Assembly: GCA_028023455.1 (NCBI GenBank)
Contig: JAQFVV010000009.1
Location: 10,106,001-10,170,000, forward strand
DNA: 64,000 bases
Direction of reading: 5' to 3'
From: Epiperipatus broadwayi
Lineage: Eukaryota; Animalia; Onychophora
This document shows, one piece after another, positions 52,356-64,000 of the stretch. Numbering within the stretch: the stretch's first letter is position 1; each line of letters begins with the position of its first letter. The position numbers and the translations under genes were made by a program. Below the pieces are notes generated by a model that worked only from the letters and a program-made list of their open reading frames with translations, had not been told where the DNA came from and searched no databases.

Positions 52356-53603
52356 AAGGGGTGGGCAGACTTTTATGACTGTAGGCCATATAAAAAAATT
52401 TTAAGATTTCTTATGAGCTTTTTATAAAAAAAAAAAAAAAGTTTAGTTTCGGTACATAAGGTACTCACAATAAAAAAAAAAAAAATTGCAATCGTACTGG
52501 AAATCACCTTTCTATTCTCAACAAATTTCCACAAAATAAAGTTTTTAAAATCTATTTGGGGCAATTTTAGGATAATTTCTGGCATCTTATAAAAAAATAT
52601 GTATATCAAACTTTCAGCCAGGTCAAACTGGTCATCAATAAATATTATGGAAAATAGATGTAGAGGCATTGAAAACATTGACATATAATAATAATGAATG
52701 TTCTTACTAATAGAAAGCATATAGAAGTAAAAAAATATCAGAAATTATTTAGAGTAATGAATTTTTAAAAAATTCTTCCAAATAGAAGATAATTTTTATA
52801 TATTATCATGTTTGTTGATACAATCTGACCTTTTAATGATCTCAATGACTTCTCTGATCTGACATTGTCAGAGGTCTCAATTGGATAGTATTCTAATATT
52901 AGAAAAATCAATATTATGACCTGTATCTATAGCATGGTAAGATAGTGCTATTGATAATGATGTCAGATCAGAGAAGCCATTGAGATTCCTAAAAGACCAG
53001 ATTGTATCAATAAACATTATGATTCATGCAAATTACATTCTATTTGGAAGATTTTTTTAAAAACTCATTAATCTAAATAATTTCTAATATATATATTCTT
53101 TCATTATTATTATATTTCAATGTTTACAGTACCTCTACAACTATTTTTCACAATATATATTACCCAGTTGATGACCAATGTAACTTGGCTGAAATGTTAG
53201 CATATATATTTTTACTACATATAATTACATGTGGATGTACCTAAATAACATTTCATTTATATCTATAGCCTATGAAAATCTTCATTTTAACATATATATA
53301 TATATGTACATATAAGTATGTTTATGTAGAATTGAATTTTGTTCCCATGAAGTGCCAAAATCTTTATGGGCTAAGATGCCTATTGTTGATCAATAATTTT
53401 CATGTATGGGGACTTCCATTTTATGCAATTCAACTCCTGGTTTACCAATAGCTGGAAAACTAATGGTAATATGAGAAAAACATTATTTAACATTTTTGTG
53501 GTAAAATTTTAAAAAAATTTCATACTTAGGTATAGACCGTAGGCCATTTAAATTATCATTGTAGGTCTCATGTGGCTCATGGACTGTAGTTTGCTCAGTC
53601 CTG
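52356..53603. mobile_element. Non-autonomous hAT-like element
   Basis: Ends AAGGGGTGGGCAGACT and (reverse complement) CAGGACTGAGCAAACT, 11/16 identical. 8-bp TSD ATCTAAAT/ATTTAAAT with central TA. Confidence 0.55.
52736..53090. repeat. Foldback / MITE nested in the hAT-like element
   Basis: ~135-bp complementary arms (e.g. TCTCAATGACTTCTCTGATCTGACAT / ATGTCAGATCAGAGAAGCCATTGAGA) around an ~80-bp spacer. Confidence 0.8.
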
Positions 53604-53907
53604 ATTTAAATCATATTTTATAATTTTTTTGAATACATGAAACCAGACTGCACACACATGCATATTATATAGTAAATAAATAGTTAATCTTTTATTTATT
53701 TATTTGATATTTTTAACTTTATGTATTATTAAATTATATATATATTATTTTAAATCATTGTCTGTATTTCTTCAAAGCAATATATAGAATCTTATAATCA
53801 AATATTAGTAAATAATCAAAAATTTTGAAAAGTACAAGAAATATAATTGTCACTTAGGAACGCTTTCGATTATCCTCATAGTCTTTGTCAACTAATACTT
53901 TGAAAGG

Positions 53908-54270
53908 TTAATCTTCCCATAATTCCATGATTTTAATGTTTGCTGCCTGCCTATTAATTAAGTCCTGCTTGTATTTATATATTAGCATATCTTCCTTTAT
54001 TTTCCTTTTATTGTCATTTCTTTCAATTTGCAATATGTTTACATAATTATAATTAAAATTAAAACCACACACACACATATATATATATATATATAATTTG
54101 TTATGGTTATAAAAAATGGAAGCTGATACATTATTATTATCTTTACAATTTTGTTTCATATTCTGAACCCTTTTTAATAAAAGCAAGTGCTCTTTAATTC
54201 TTTTCTCCAATGTACATCTCAATTCCCCTATATATCCATGACCACACCCACATATCCATTTATAAATGAT
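53908..54270 (-). mobile_element. PLE GIY-YIG remnant inside the U12 intron
   Basis: IIYKWICGCGHGYIGELRCTLEKRIKEH...VNILQIERNDNKRKIKE...LINRQ. Confidence 0.8.
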
Positions 54271-54798
54271 GCATTTTTTATTTATAAATGAGGTTTTATT
54301 TTTAGAGTTATTTATTAATGTATAAGTTGCATAAGATGCAATGTCACATATACCTTTATAAATTTTCCTTATGAAATTTGCTTGTTGATTCGAAATATAT
54401 GATATTGATATGAAGAATCAAAAATTTTGATTACTGTATTTACTAGTATTTAATTATAAGATTCCATATATATAAAATTTATGAAATATCTATTAACTTT
54501 AAAAAGATCCAAACAAGTTAATTATTTTATTGGTCTTCTGAAAATGCTATTTTATAGTTATCAATCAGCATGATACCTCCTCTTTCCTCTTATATGCATC
54601 TAGACTGATTTCTATGTAAATTTCTATTTGCAAGATTGGAGACCCCCTTTTTTAAAATTTATATTTATTTATGTATTCATAATAAATACAATTTTTTTAT
54701 TAGTATATAAGTTTATATTCCGTATATATAATTATATATGCTTATTTAGTTAACTTTTTTTTTGAATACTTTCCTTAATTTTATTTCTTTTTTTCTAC

Positions 54799-54904
54799 GC
54801 CTTTTGAATACCTTATATTATTAACTATTTTTGCAAACTGCGTGGCACTTGCAGTCTACGTTCCCTATCCAAATGGAGATTCCAATCTAGTCAATGCGAC
54901 TTTG
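54799..54904 (+). CDS. Ca-alpha1D: Cav1 second coding exon (IS1 helix and IS1-IS2 loop), 106 bp
   Basis: (K)[35 protein letters not shown], followed by a GTGAGT donor at 54905. Confidence 0.95.
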
Positions 54905-57899
54905 GTGAGTATTAATTTTTTTTAATCATTATATTTTTAATTTTTGAGATATGTGATTTAAATATGAATCCACCAGAAAATGTTTATAAAGTTTCTAAAA
55001 ATATATATTAATGTTTTATTAATATGTGCAAATATATGAATTAAATGTAAAAATTAATGTTGATCTTAAGGTATGTTGAGTTTAGTAATGACCTAATTTT
55101 TAATTAAACAATGGCTAGTATATTAAATATTACATGTATAATTTTGATATATGTTTGATTATTTTTATTGTAATATATAAATTATTATTATTTATTTATT
55201 AAATTACCTGTAATACAACCTGAAATTGATATTAATATAAAAATTATTTAATTAAAAGTATATTGTATTTAAAAATGGATAGTAATAATTATGTATGCAC
55301 ATTTGAATGCATATTAAATGTATATAGTTTACTAATGTTAAAGAGAAAACGTGAATATGTGCATTTGTGCAATTTGTATAGACCAACAAATTTTATATTT
55401 TAGAAGTTAATTTATTTTCTAATACTGGTGAGCCATTGATAATCTGAAATTTTCTATAGTTTAAAATGAAATTATGATAGTTACCATTATAATGTAATGT
55501 GAACTAAAAAATTTAGAATATTTACAAAAATTTTAAATTACATAATGCTAAGTTAAAATATTGTATATTGTCAAAATTTTAAAATAACAAATAAAAAATA
55601 ATAAAGGTAAGAAAATGTATGGCATCATATTGAAAAAACAAAAATAGAAAGAAAATTTAAAAATTGTTTACAATGATCACTTTTAGTTTTATAGTAAATT
55701 TTATATTTTTTTAGATTCTATTTAAATTTGAATTTGTATTAAAATTGCATTATTTATAAAATCATGATATATATAGTAGTAACATCAAACAAACAAAAAA
55801 GAATAAATATCAGACTTTGCAATAGTTTTTGTTTTTAAATATTAATTAAAAATAACTTTTGATAAATTATAATTTGAAAGCAAATATATTTCATTATATG
55901 TTTATGCCTAGTATACTCACACATTAATATATATGAGTACTTACCAGTTGGTCCAGGTAATGAGTGCTGTTTCAGTATGAAATGTTTGTCTTGGGAATTA
56001 TACATATTTTTCATGTCTTTGGTTATATGTTTATGATACATGGTTTACACTCCTTCACAAGATGTTAAAAGCAGACAAATCATCTTGTGTGAGAGTAGGG
56101 TAGTGAAAATTACATTACAGAAATAATATTCATTAAGTGAATAATCTCTAGTCTAATGAATGACTAATAAAAAATATTTAAAAAGATTGGTTATATACCG
56201 GTGATTAAATGCTCCTCTTTTTATTGTGAAACTGTGAGGGGGAATAGAGGATGGCAATATCTAACTTTATTTTTAATGTTAGGAAAAAAAACTTTCCTAG
56301 CATTAGAGGAATATATAGGATGTCATTAACACCATATGCCATTTTATGTCAATCATTTTATTATAGCATAATTTTGACATTGAGATGAGCCATTTAAGTA
56401 AAAATTAGAAATATACTTTTAAAAATAGAAGGAAATAAAGCTTACAATAAAATTATGTTAAAGGTATATGATTTGAATTAAAGACAAAAGAATGCAAAAT
56501 GTTTATAAAGAAATAAGAAACCGTTATTTGATAATTTGATCAGAACGTGATGACAGAGGAATAATATTTTTATATACCTTATAAGCACATTTTTAAAAAA
56601 TTATTAGATTCTTTAATAAATTAGCATTTAATTTTTGTTTAATTAATATACAATTAGTATATATTTTACAAACTCTTGTAATTACTATTGTTATTAAATG
56701 ATCATTTTTTATCCTGAAAAATAGGTAATCCAGAAAGATTTGGAAATGAAATTATTAATAGTTAATCTGTAATACCCTGTGCAGTGTCATCTTTTTGGAC
56801 CAATTTTATTCATAAGTTAATATGAAAGTGATTATTAAAATGTTGGTGGCAGCAGGAAACCAATTTGTGAAAAGTTTGTTTTTCATATAATTGACATTGA
56901 TTGTGACTGTCTCAAATATGTCTGCAATCTTTTAAGAAGACATTTGTTTTATCATCTTATTTTGTTTCTGCTGTATGACTGAAAGCTGCATTATATTATA
57001 GTTGTAAGTTTTTGATCATGCACTGACATTCATCTGAGCAATTCACATGATTATCTTTCTGCTGAAAATAAATGAACAATAATTTAATAAACTAATTTTT
57101 AACATTATAGATATTAGCTACTTAAAAAAACCTAAACTAGCTTGGAAAATTCTTAAATACATAAAAAAAAATTAAATATCACCCAAATATGACTCCAGGT
57201 CATGGATTTGACAGGTGAGTAGGTTAACTGAAACCATAAAACTTTTTTATATGTGATATATTAAATCATTAACGAATGTTAAAATTTCCATAATAGTATT
57301 CATCTTTGTTTGTTGTTTTTTTTAAAAAAAAAAGTTTTTTTTTTTTTTAAAAAAAACCCCACTAAAATGCATTATTTTTTATAATTTTAGCAATCTTCAA
57401 AATTATATTATTAGTTGTTCCAGCATAATCACTATTTAAAGTATGGAACCAAATTATATTTTTCTTTTTCTTTTAATCTTTATCTTTATATACCTACATG
57501 CACTGTCATTCTTCTGAGCATTTTTAGTGCTCTTAATAAGCACTCTATTTGGTATCCTTGAAACTTTATAAATAACTCCTTTCTTTAAAATGATTGGATT
57601 TTTATGTATATGTGATACTCAATTATTTTTATGCTGTCTACTATGATGTGCTTGTTCTGTGAATGCACAAATTTTGTGTGTGTGTGTGTGTGTGTACATA
57701 ATTATAATTCTTTAAAAAAATCACAAGATAATTGTTTTTATCTGTCCTAAATTTATTTGAAAAAGTTTACTTTATTTTATAACTAATTACATTAGTATCT
57801 AATAAAAATTGTTTTAAAAAGTCTAAACAAAAAGAAAAAAGAAAGGTTTATAAATATTATAAAGAAACAAAGAAAAAATGAATACAAGTAAAAGAAAAT

Positions 57900-59600
57900 A
57901 AAAGATCAATGGTATTGTAGTTTGAATAGAATTAAATAAAATGGAATGAACTTAATAAAAAATAACAGGAAATGAATAGTGCAGGAAGATACGAATATAA
58001 AAATTTTGATAATAAAAAAAATTAATACAGAGATATTAATATATTGAGAAGATGGATAGAATGATGGATGTGTAATTGAATAGAATAATATGTAGATTAA
58101 AAAAGAGAAAGTAAAAAAAATAGATACCATGGCAGTTGAAATGGTAATAATTATGATAAAATGTGCAATATTTAATTTAAAAGAATGCTTTAATAAAATT
58201 ATATATAACAATAAAATTCCAATGAATGAAAGGCTATGAAAATTAGAATATTATATAATGAAAAAGATTTTAGCCTATTAACTAGTTATAGAATAGTAAT
58301 AATAACATTCATAATTTATAAAATATTTACATATATATATAGTAAAATTAGGATTTGGGTGGAAGAGAGTAAAATTTTGTAAAGATTCACAATGAATTTA
58401 ATTCAGAAAACAAATAGGTTTGATTTATTCATTTTTATATTTGATAAAGAAAACAAACTATTATTAGTTACATTTTTTTGATTTAGGATGGATAGGAATA
58501 GATTGTGGAGAAGTTTTTAAAAATGTAGAAAAAGACTTAAGATTATTAAAATAATTAAGAATCGTTACAATGATAATTTTTATAAATACCAATTCAGGGT
58601 TATAGATTGTAAAATTGTATTAAAATAAAAGATTTCCATTATTAGCTTTATTATTTATTTTGTTTAAGAGATTAAGATGGAAAGATTAGAAATGGATTTT
58701 TCTATAATTAGAAGTAAAAAAATACATAATATAATAATTATCTTTTTTGTCGATTATACAATATTTTATGCAGTGAATGAAAAAAATATGGAACTGTTTA
58801 TAAGAGAAATATGAAGTATGACAATTAAAATTTGGTTGATAAAATAGATATTTAGTTATTTGTTGTTTTGTTAATGGAAAAAAGAATTATACAAATAGTT
58901 GGAGATAAGAATTGAGCTGAAGAACCAATAGACTGAGATTGATTAAAAATTTGCCTTTTTTTAAATATGATAATTATAAGATGTGTAGTGTGTTTTGGAA
59001 GGGGGTGATAGTGATTACGTTCATGTTTGGAAATGAAATATTTTGTATTGTTTAAGAAAAAGCCTAAATTTTTAGATAGAATAGAAAAAAAGTATATATG
59101 CATTCTAGGGAGTTAATGGATTTTTTTTTTAAATGAGGAAAATAAAAAGCAAATTAAAAAGTTTGGGCTGTTACAATATATAAATGAAAATAGATTATAA
59201 AAATAGTGTTTATTTGGCTTATGAAGAAAGGACATCAAACATATGGAGAAAGAAAGGTTTTGGAATATGACAATTTATTTATGTAAGAAATGGGACAAAT
59301 ATGTGGAAAATGTATTACATGTGCACAACTATGAAGGAGGAATGGTGAAAAGGTAGTTAGAGAAAAAAAAATAGAATCATGGAAAATAATTATATAAGAA
59401 TAAATAAATATATAAAATATGCAATATTATATATAACTTTAAAGAAATCTTTATTTCATGCAAAAAAAAAAAAGGCAAAAATAGAATACGGATTTGGATT
59501 ATAAGTGTAATGTTTATGAAGATCGAAAAGAGAGTAGTGAATATTTATTTGAGTATTAGGGTGTTGGAAGTAGACAAGAATAAATTGTATGGAGAGTGAA
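57900..59600 (+). mobile_element. Very decayed LINE ORF2 remnant in Cav1 intron 2
   Basis: Purine-skewed tract with RT-like fragments (IDTMAVEM...LKECFNKI, NYR-like and QIGF-like motifs). Confidence 0.45.
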
Positions 59601-59829
59601 AAGAATTTCAAGATTAAAAAAAATGAAAGCAGTAGAGATTATATGATTTTTTTTTTTTTTTGATTAGGTTTTTATAACAAAAATGGTGAATATGAGGATA
59701 GGATAATGGAACTAATGAAACAATTTTTATTAAATCGTATCAAAGTAAATTGATGAATTAGGATTAAAAGAATGACTTGATGAAATAGATAAGTTTATGA
59801 AATAGATAATGATTATAGATAGTAATAAA

Positions 59830-60775
59830 TCAAGCACTTGATGGGTCCCAAGCACAACCAAATTTTGAGGCCCCCTTATTATAAATACTAGGTAATGTTA
59901 TCAATTTATTACTTAAAAAATACTGATCAATCAATAATTTTCTTAAAAATAAACCTCTGTTTTAAGCCTTTTGCAGTCACAGATATGATTCTGTTTATTG
60001 TAGCATTTAAACTAAAATGCTTAATTAAAAATTTAACCAGTGAATTTCTTTGCTGCAATGCATATTTATCTTTTTTTTTTTCACCTTTTGCGTTTCTCAG
60101 CTTTGCTCTGAAACATTTTCTTCATGCTCTTCATAACAAAGTAAAAAAAAAAGTGATAAGTAAATAAAAATAAAATAAAATAAATTAAATGTTGCCTTAA
60201 ATTGATTTTAATATTTGTTAGTATGATTTTTAGAATCAATTAAAATACATTGGATTTTGTTATTTTAAATAGGGCGTTGATGTTGATTCTATTAATCCGT
60301 GATCACAATAAATAGTGCTTACTTTATATGACATAAATAATAATGTAATATTTCTTATCCTAAAAACACTAATTATACCCAATGGAAGCAGTTAAAGCCT
60401 TTTTTATTTATTCACACAATTTATAGTTTGGAAGAGAACATCTGACATTATTTGACTGGGTAATAAGTACATAAACATATAAAGAATTTTAAATATTATT
60501 TATTACTTAAAATATTTTTTTACAGTTGAAAAGAAAATTTAATTGGTCAAAAATCAAATAGTAAAACTGTATTTCAAATGATAAAAGCAAATTGTTTAGA
60601 TGAAAATCATAACAGAGGTTCATGGAATATATCTATTTTAGATACTGCTAAATTTTGGAGACTCCATGCATATGCTTCTTGTGCATATTGCAAAGGAAGG
60701 TTAAACTTTGCTAACAAGATTTCTGGGCAGATGGCCTATGCTTTGAAATTTGTGATTTCTTAGGAGGGACCACTT
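59830..60775 (-). mobile_element. Possible non-autonomous hAT remnant
   Basis: GC-richer degenerate termini. Minus-strand MKKMFQSKAEKRKR...QQRNSLVKFL resembles the N-terminus of ZMYM/hAT transposases. Confidence 0.35.
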
Positions 60776-63700
60776 TATATTACATCACAAATAAATATTA
60801 TTTTGAAGTCATTTAGTTTTTAATTAATTAATTTTTTTAATAATAAAAACAAGCGTCATTTAACAGTTGATAAGATTTTTAAATCGTTTCTTTTTCTTTT
60901 AAAAGGAAGAATTTAATTTTACTCAAAATTTATTCTTATCTGAAATTATCTGCAAAAAGATGTTAGCTGCATATTATTGCTTAGTTCTGTTTTTTATTTC
61001 TCTATCTCATTTCCCAAGCATCCGTTTTATTTGCTCCATTACTTCAATTTTTTATTCACTCTTAAACAAAATCTTAAATTCTTTTCATCATAGTTTTTCT
61101 TCTTATTATATGTAATCTATAATTTCATCATTTGTTCTCTACCAAGTTAATAGCATAGAATCATATTGCATAATGGTAGGTACTTTCACTAGTGGAGTTT
61201 GGATCAAGTGGATCTAAAAAAAATTTTATGTCACAAACAGATCTAGAATTTTTATTTCCATTAGATGATTTTTAAACCAATTGACTGGAACATGAGCATT
61301 TTTGAGAAACAATGTAGAAATAAAAATTGAGGCTTTGCATGCTGTTTGTCAAGCATTTAATATGTAATTTTTTAGTATTACATATTATGAGATAGCAAAA
61401 AAAAAAACCAACTTAATCTTTTATAATACAATTTATGAAAAAATTAAAGAAAGACACTGCACAATTCAATGCATAGAAAATTACAAATATTGAGCATTTA
61501 TATCAGGGTATTATTAAAGCAAGCAGAACTATAATTCCTGGTATCTTAGCAATGTGTTTGGTGAATAAAAATAAAAATACCTAACTTTATGTATTGAGAA
61601 TGGTGAATGTTAAAAGCAAATTTTTTATTTGATCATTTAAAAATTTTTAACGCAGTACTCTTTTATATGTTATATATGTTACTGTTGTTTTTTTTTTGTA
61701 AATGTATAAATTGGTTATCATATCATCTGTCATAACCTATGATTTGAAATGGGTGGATATTAGAAATATTTTACCTAATTCAAAATTTCCAAACAATTTT
61801 AAAATTAATTTTTTCCAATAGCTAACATAGACAGTCATTCAATTATTATCAGAAAATGGAAAAGTAAAATGGAAAGTAAAAGTATAAAATCTCTTACCAA
61901 TCAAGAGTTACTAATCTGTAGAGAGATTCTGGAGAACCTTTTTCTTGAAGTAAGCTTTTAAGACTCTTTCATTTTTTATTTATATATTCCACCTTGTATG
62001 TAGCCAATATCTTTTTACAATTTATTTCAGATAAAGAAAAGCTAAATCACACTTCAAATATATTTTTGTTATTCTCTTGAAGTTCTTTGTGAAGATTTTT
62101 TTCCCCCTTCAACATGATAGAGATTGTATACAGATAATTCATTTGTTTTTTAGGGTTTTTTTTGCTTAATACATATAGAGAATAAGATTATGCTAGTGTG
62201 TGACAACATTATCAAAAATAGTGAAGTAAAAATATTCGAAGTGAGTAAGCTTGAAACTTGCTGTTTTTCTTGAATTATTAATATCACATTAGTGATGTAA
62301 ATGAGATTCAATATGTTCAATAATACAATGACTTCATATGGTTTAAGTTTAGTGAATGATAAGTCAAGGTTTTGAGGGAATGTAAGAATGTTAAGATATA
62401 TGCATCTGGTAAAATAATTTATTGTAATTGTGTAAGAAAATAATTAATATGAATAAGTGTTGGATAAAATTGTTTTTCATGTATTAATGGCAGATTGACA
62501 AGATCATCAAACAGCATCCTTGAGGAACAGAGATTGTTATGTCATAATTGCTTTACTTATGCAAATGAATAATATAATTCATGATAGGAAAACTTCTGAA
62601 CATCAATTGCCTAGATGATTTATTGAATATACATGTGTAATCCAATATCCCTTATTGATGAGTTCCAGAAGTTGCTCTGGAAATTTCATTAATTCTGTCA
62701 TGTAATGTCCAAAGATTTTTCTTCGTTATGTAAGTGGCTCTAGATTAGTGTGATAGAAGGAACTATTTTTATTAGTGCCAGATGTTAAATGGATACTACC
62801 ACAATATTGTTATAAATTTATTTGGGATATGTCATATAAAAAGAATAAAAAGCAAAGTAGATTTTATCAAAACAAGATCATTATTTTGAGTGTTTGCAGA
62901 GTCGAAGTTATCTAAATAGTCCATTTGCTATCTCAGAATGGTAAAAAATAGACTGAAATTGATGACACTTAAAAGATTTGTGGATGATTATCATTAAAGA
63001 AGAAGATAATTTCAAAGTGGAAGCGCTCCAGCATTAGAAGATATATTCAATTAATGCATTGAGCCTTTTTTATTCTTAGTAGAGTATTCAATGCTGATAC
63101 TTTATTCTTGAGATAAAAGGCTGGATAATTATTTTTGGAAAGCTATTAATATTTTACTCATTATATATAAAAGCACACACATATATATGGATATTTTATT
63201 GTAAATAAATGTTAAGATTTCAATATGAACAAAAACTCTGAAGTTGGTTTTTAGAAAGAACAAAATGACATTGATTAATGCAGAAAAGACAGCAGGGAAA
63301 ATAAGATCTGGATGTTTTTATGAGGATTAATAGAAGGACCATAAATTACGATTTTTAGATGCAGTGTTGTATACAAATGGAGGAGAACCCAGAATAAATA
63401 TTTTGATACATAATTTTGAGGAGGAAAACAATTGAGCTTCCCCCACCCACACACACACATTAATAATAATTATAACATTATGGTATGAAATAATGTTGAT
63501 AATAAAATGAATAATGAAAAAGTGTGCATATATTGTGAAATATAGCACCATTATAAAAATAAAAGGTAAGCCTAAATTTTTATAAAAAGAATACTGTGAT
63601 CAAAAAATAATTTCCATTAGTACTCAGAAAAAAGTTTGCTCTATGTTTATTGAGTTCACAATTAACACTTGTGTAATCTTTAATGTTACTAATACAGAGA

Positions 63701-64000
63701 AAGTTTTATAACTTTCGTTTTATAATTACTTATCCTTTTTTGTTCTTTGCAAAAATCATTTTCGCCTGTGAGGTCACAACTGACTTATATAAATTTGAAA
63801 AATGCTTTGTTTTCTTTTGCAAACTTCCAAACATTAAAAGCCAAGTGAAGGTAAAACAGTTAAAAAAAAACAACAATATTTAAATTGTAATTTTTTCCCA
63901 TAATTGTTTATTATATATATTATGGACCCCCCCCCCCCAGTAAATATTATTTATATATGACATAATGGTGTTTTTTTAAAAAAACAAAAATTGAATACCA

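Larger units (their letters stand above)
44156..54798 (+). other. U12-type AT-AC intron (10,643 bp) of Cav1
   Basis: Donor ATATCCTTTT (44156), branch-point-like TTCCTTAAT (54771-54779), acceptor TAC (AC at 54797-54798). Splicing restores WK-PFEY in frame. Confidence 0.95.

Noticed and set aside
62655-62695. TGATGA-GTTCCAGA...TCTGGAAA hairpin resembling a hammerhead
   Set aside because: Lacks the initial C and a separate GAAA/stem III/cleavage triplet.
54905-64000. Search for Cav1 exon 3 (EKxEYxFLxIF...KIxAYG)
   Set aside because: No match seen; the exon presumably lies beyond the window.
1-64000. CRISPR arrays, rRNA, prokaryotic operons
   Set aside because: None seen; the tandem repeats have no spacers and the DNA is intron-containing eukaryotic sequence.

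Overview
Very AT-rich (roughly 25% GC by eye), CpG-depleted animal genomic DNA. The Cav1 and Dcp1 peptides look protostome, most like arthropod sequences (inference). Two host genes are recognisable and lie head-to-head, with 960 bp between their start codons in a CpG-retaining island. One is exon 1 of the mRNA-decapping factor DCP1 (minus, 42678-42806). The other is an L-type voltage-gated calcium channel alpha-1 subunit (Cav1, plus), with coding exons 43767-44155 and 54799-54904 joined by a 10,643-bp U12-type AT-AC intron. The same divergent DCP1-Cav1 pairing exists twice in human (DCP1A-CACNA1D, DCP1B-CACNA1C), suggesting very old microsynteny. The rest is mostly transposon debris: several decayed RTE-clade LINEs, Penelope-like elements (PLE; GIY-YIG/RT), Tigger/pogo and hAT (Buster/Charlie-like) DNA transposons, a young tRNA-derived SINE and many long foldback repeats. 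The most striking non-coding item is a 651-bp ORF-less insertion (31296-31946) with a 14-bp TSD that carries an apparently intact minimal hammerhead ribozyme. It shares the asymmetric inverted architecture of a GIY-YIG-coding Penelope insertion at 209-2180. I could not locate the remaining DCP1 exons or Cav1 exon 3. All alignments were done by eye, so TE boundaries are approximate unless TIR/TSD coordinates are given.
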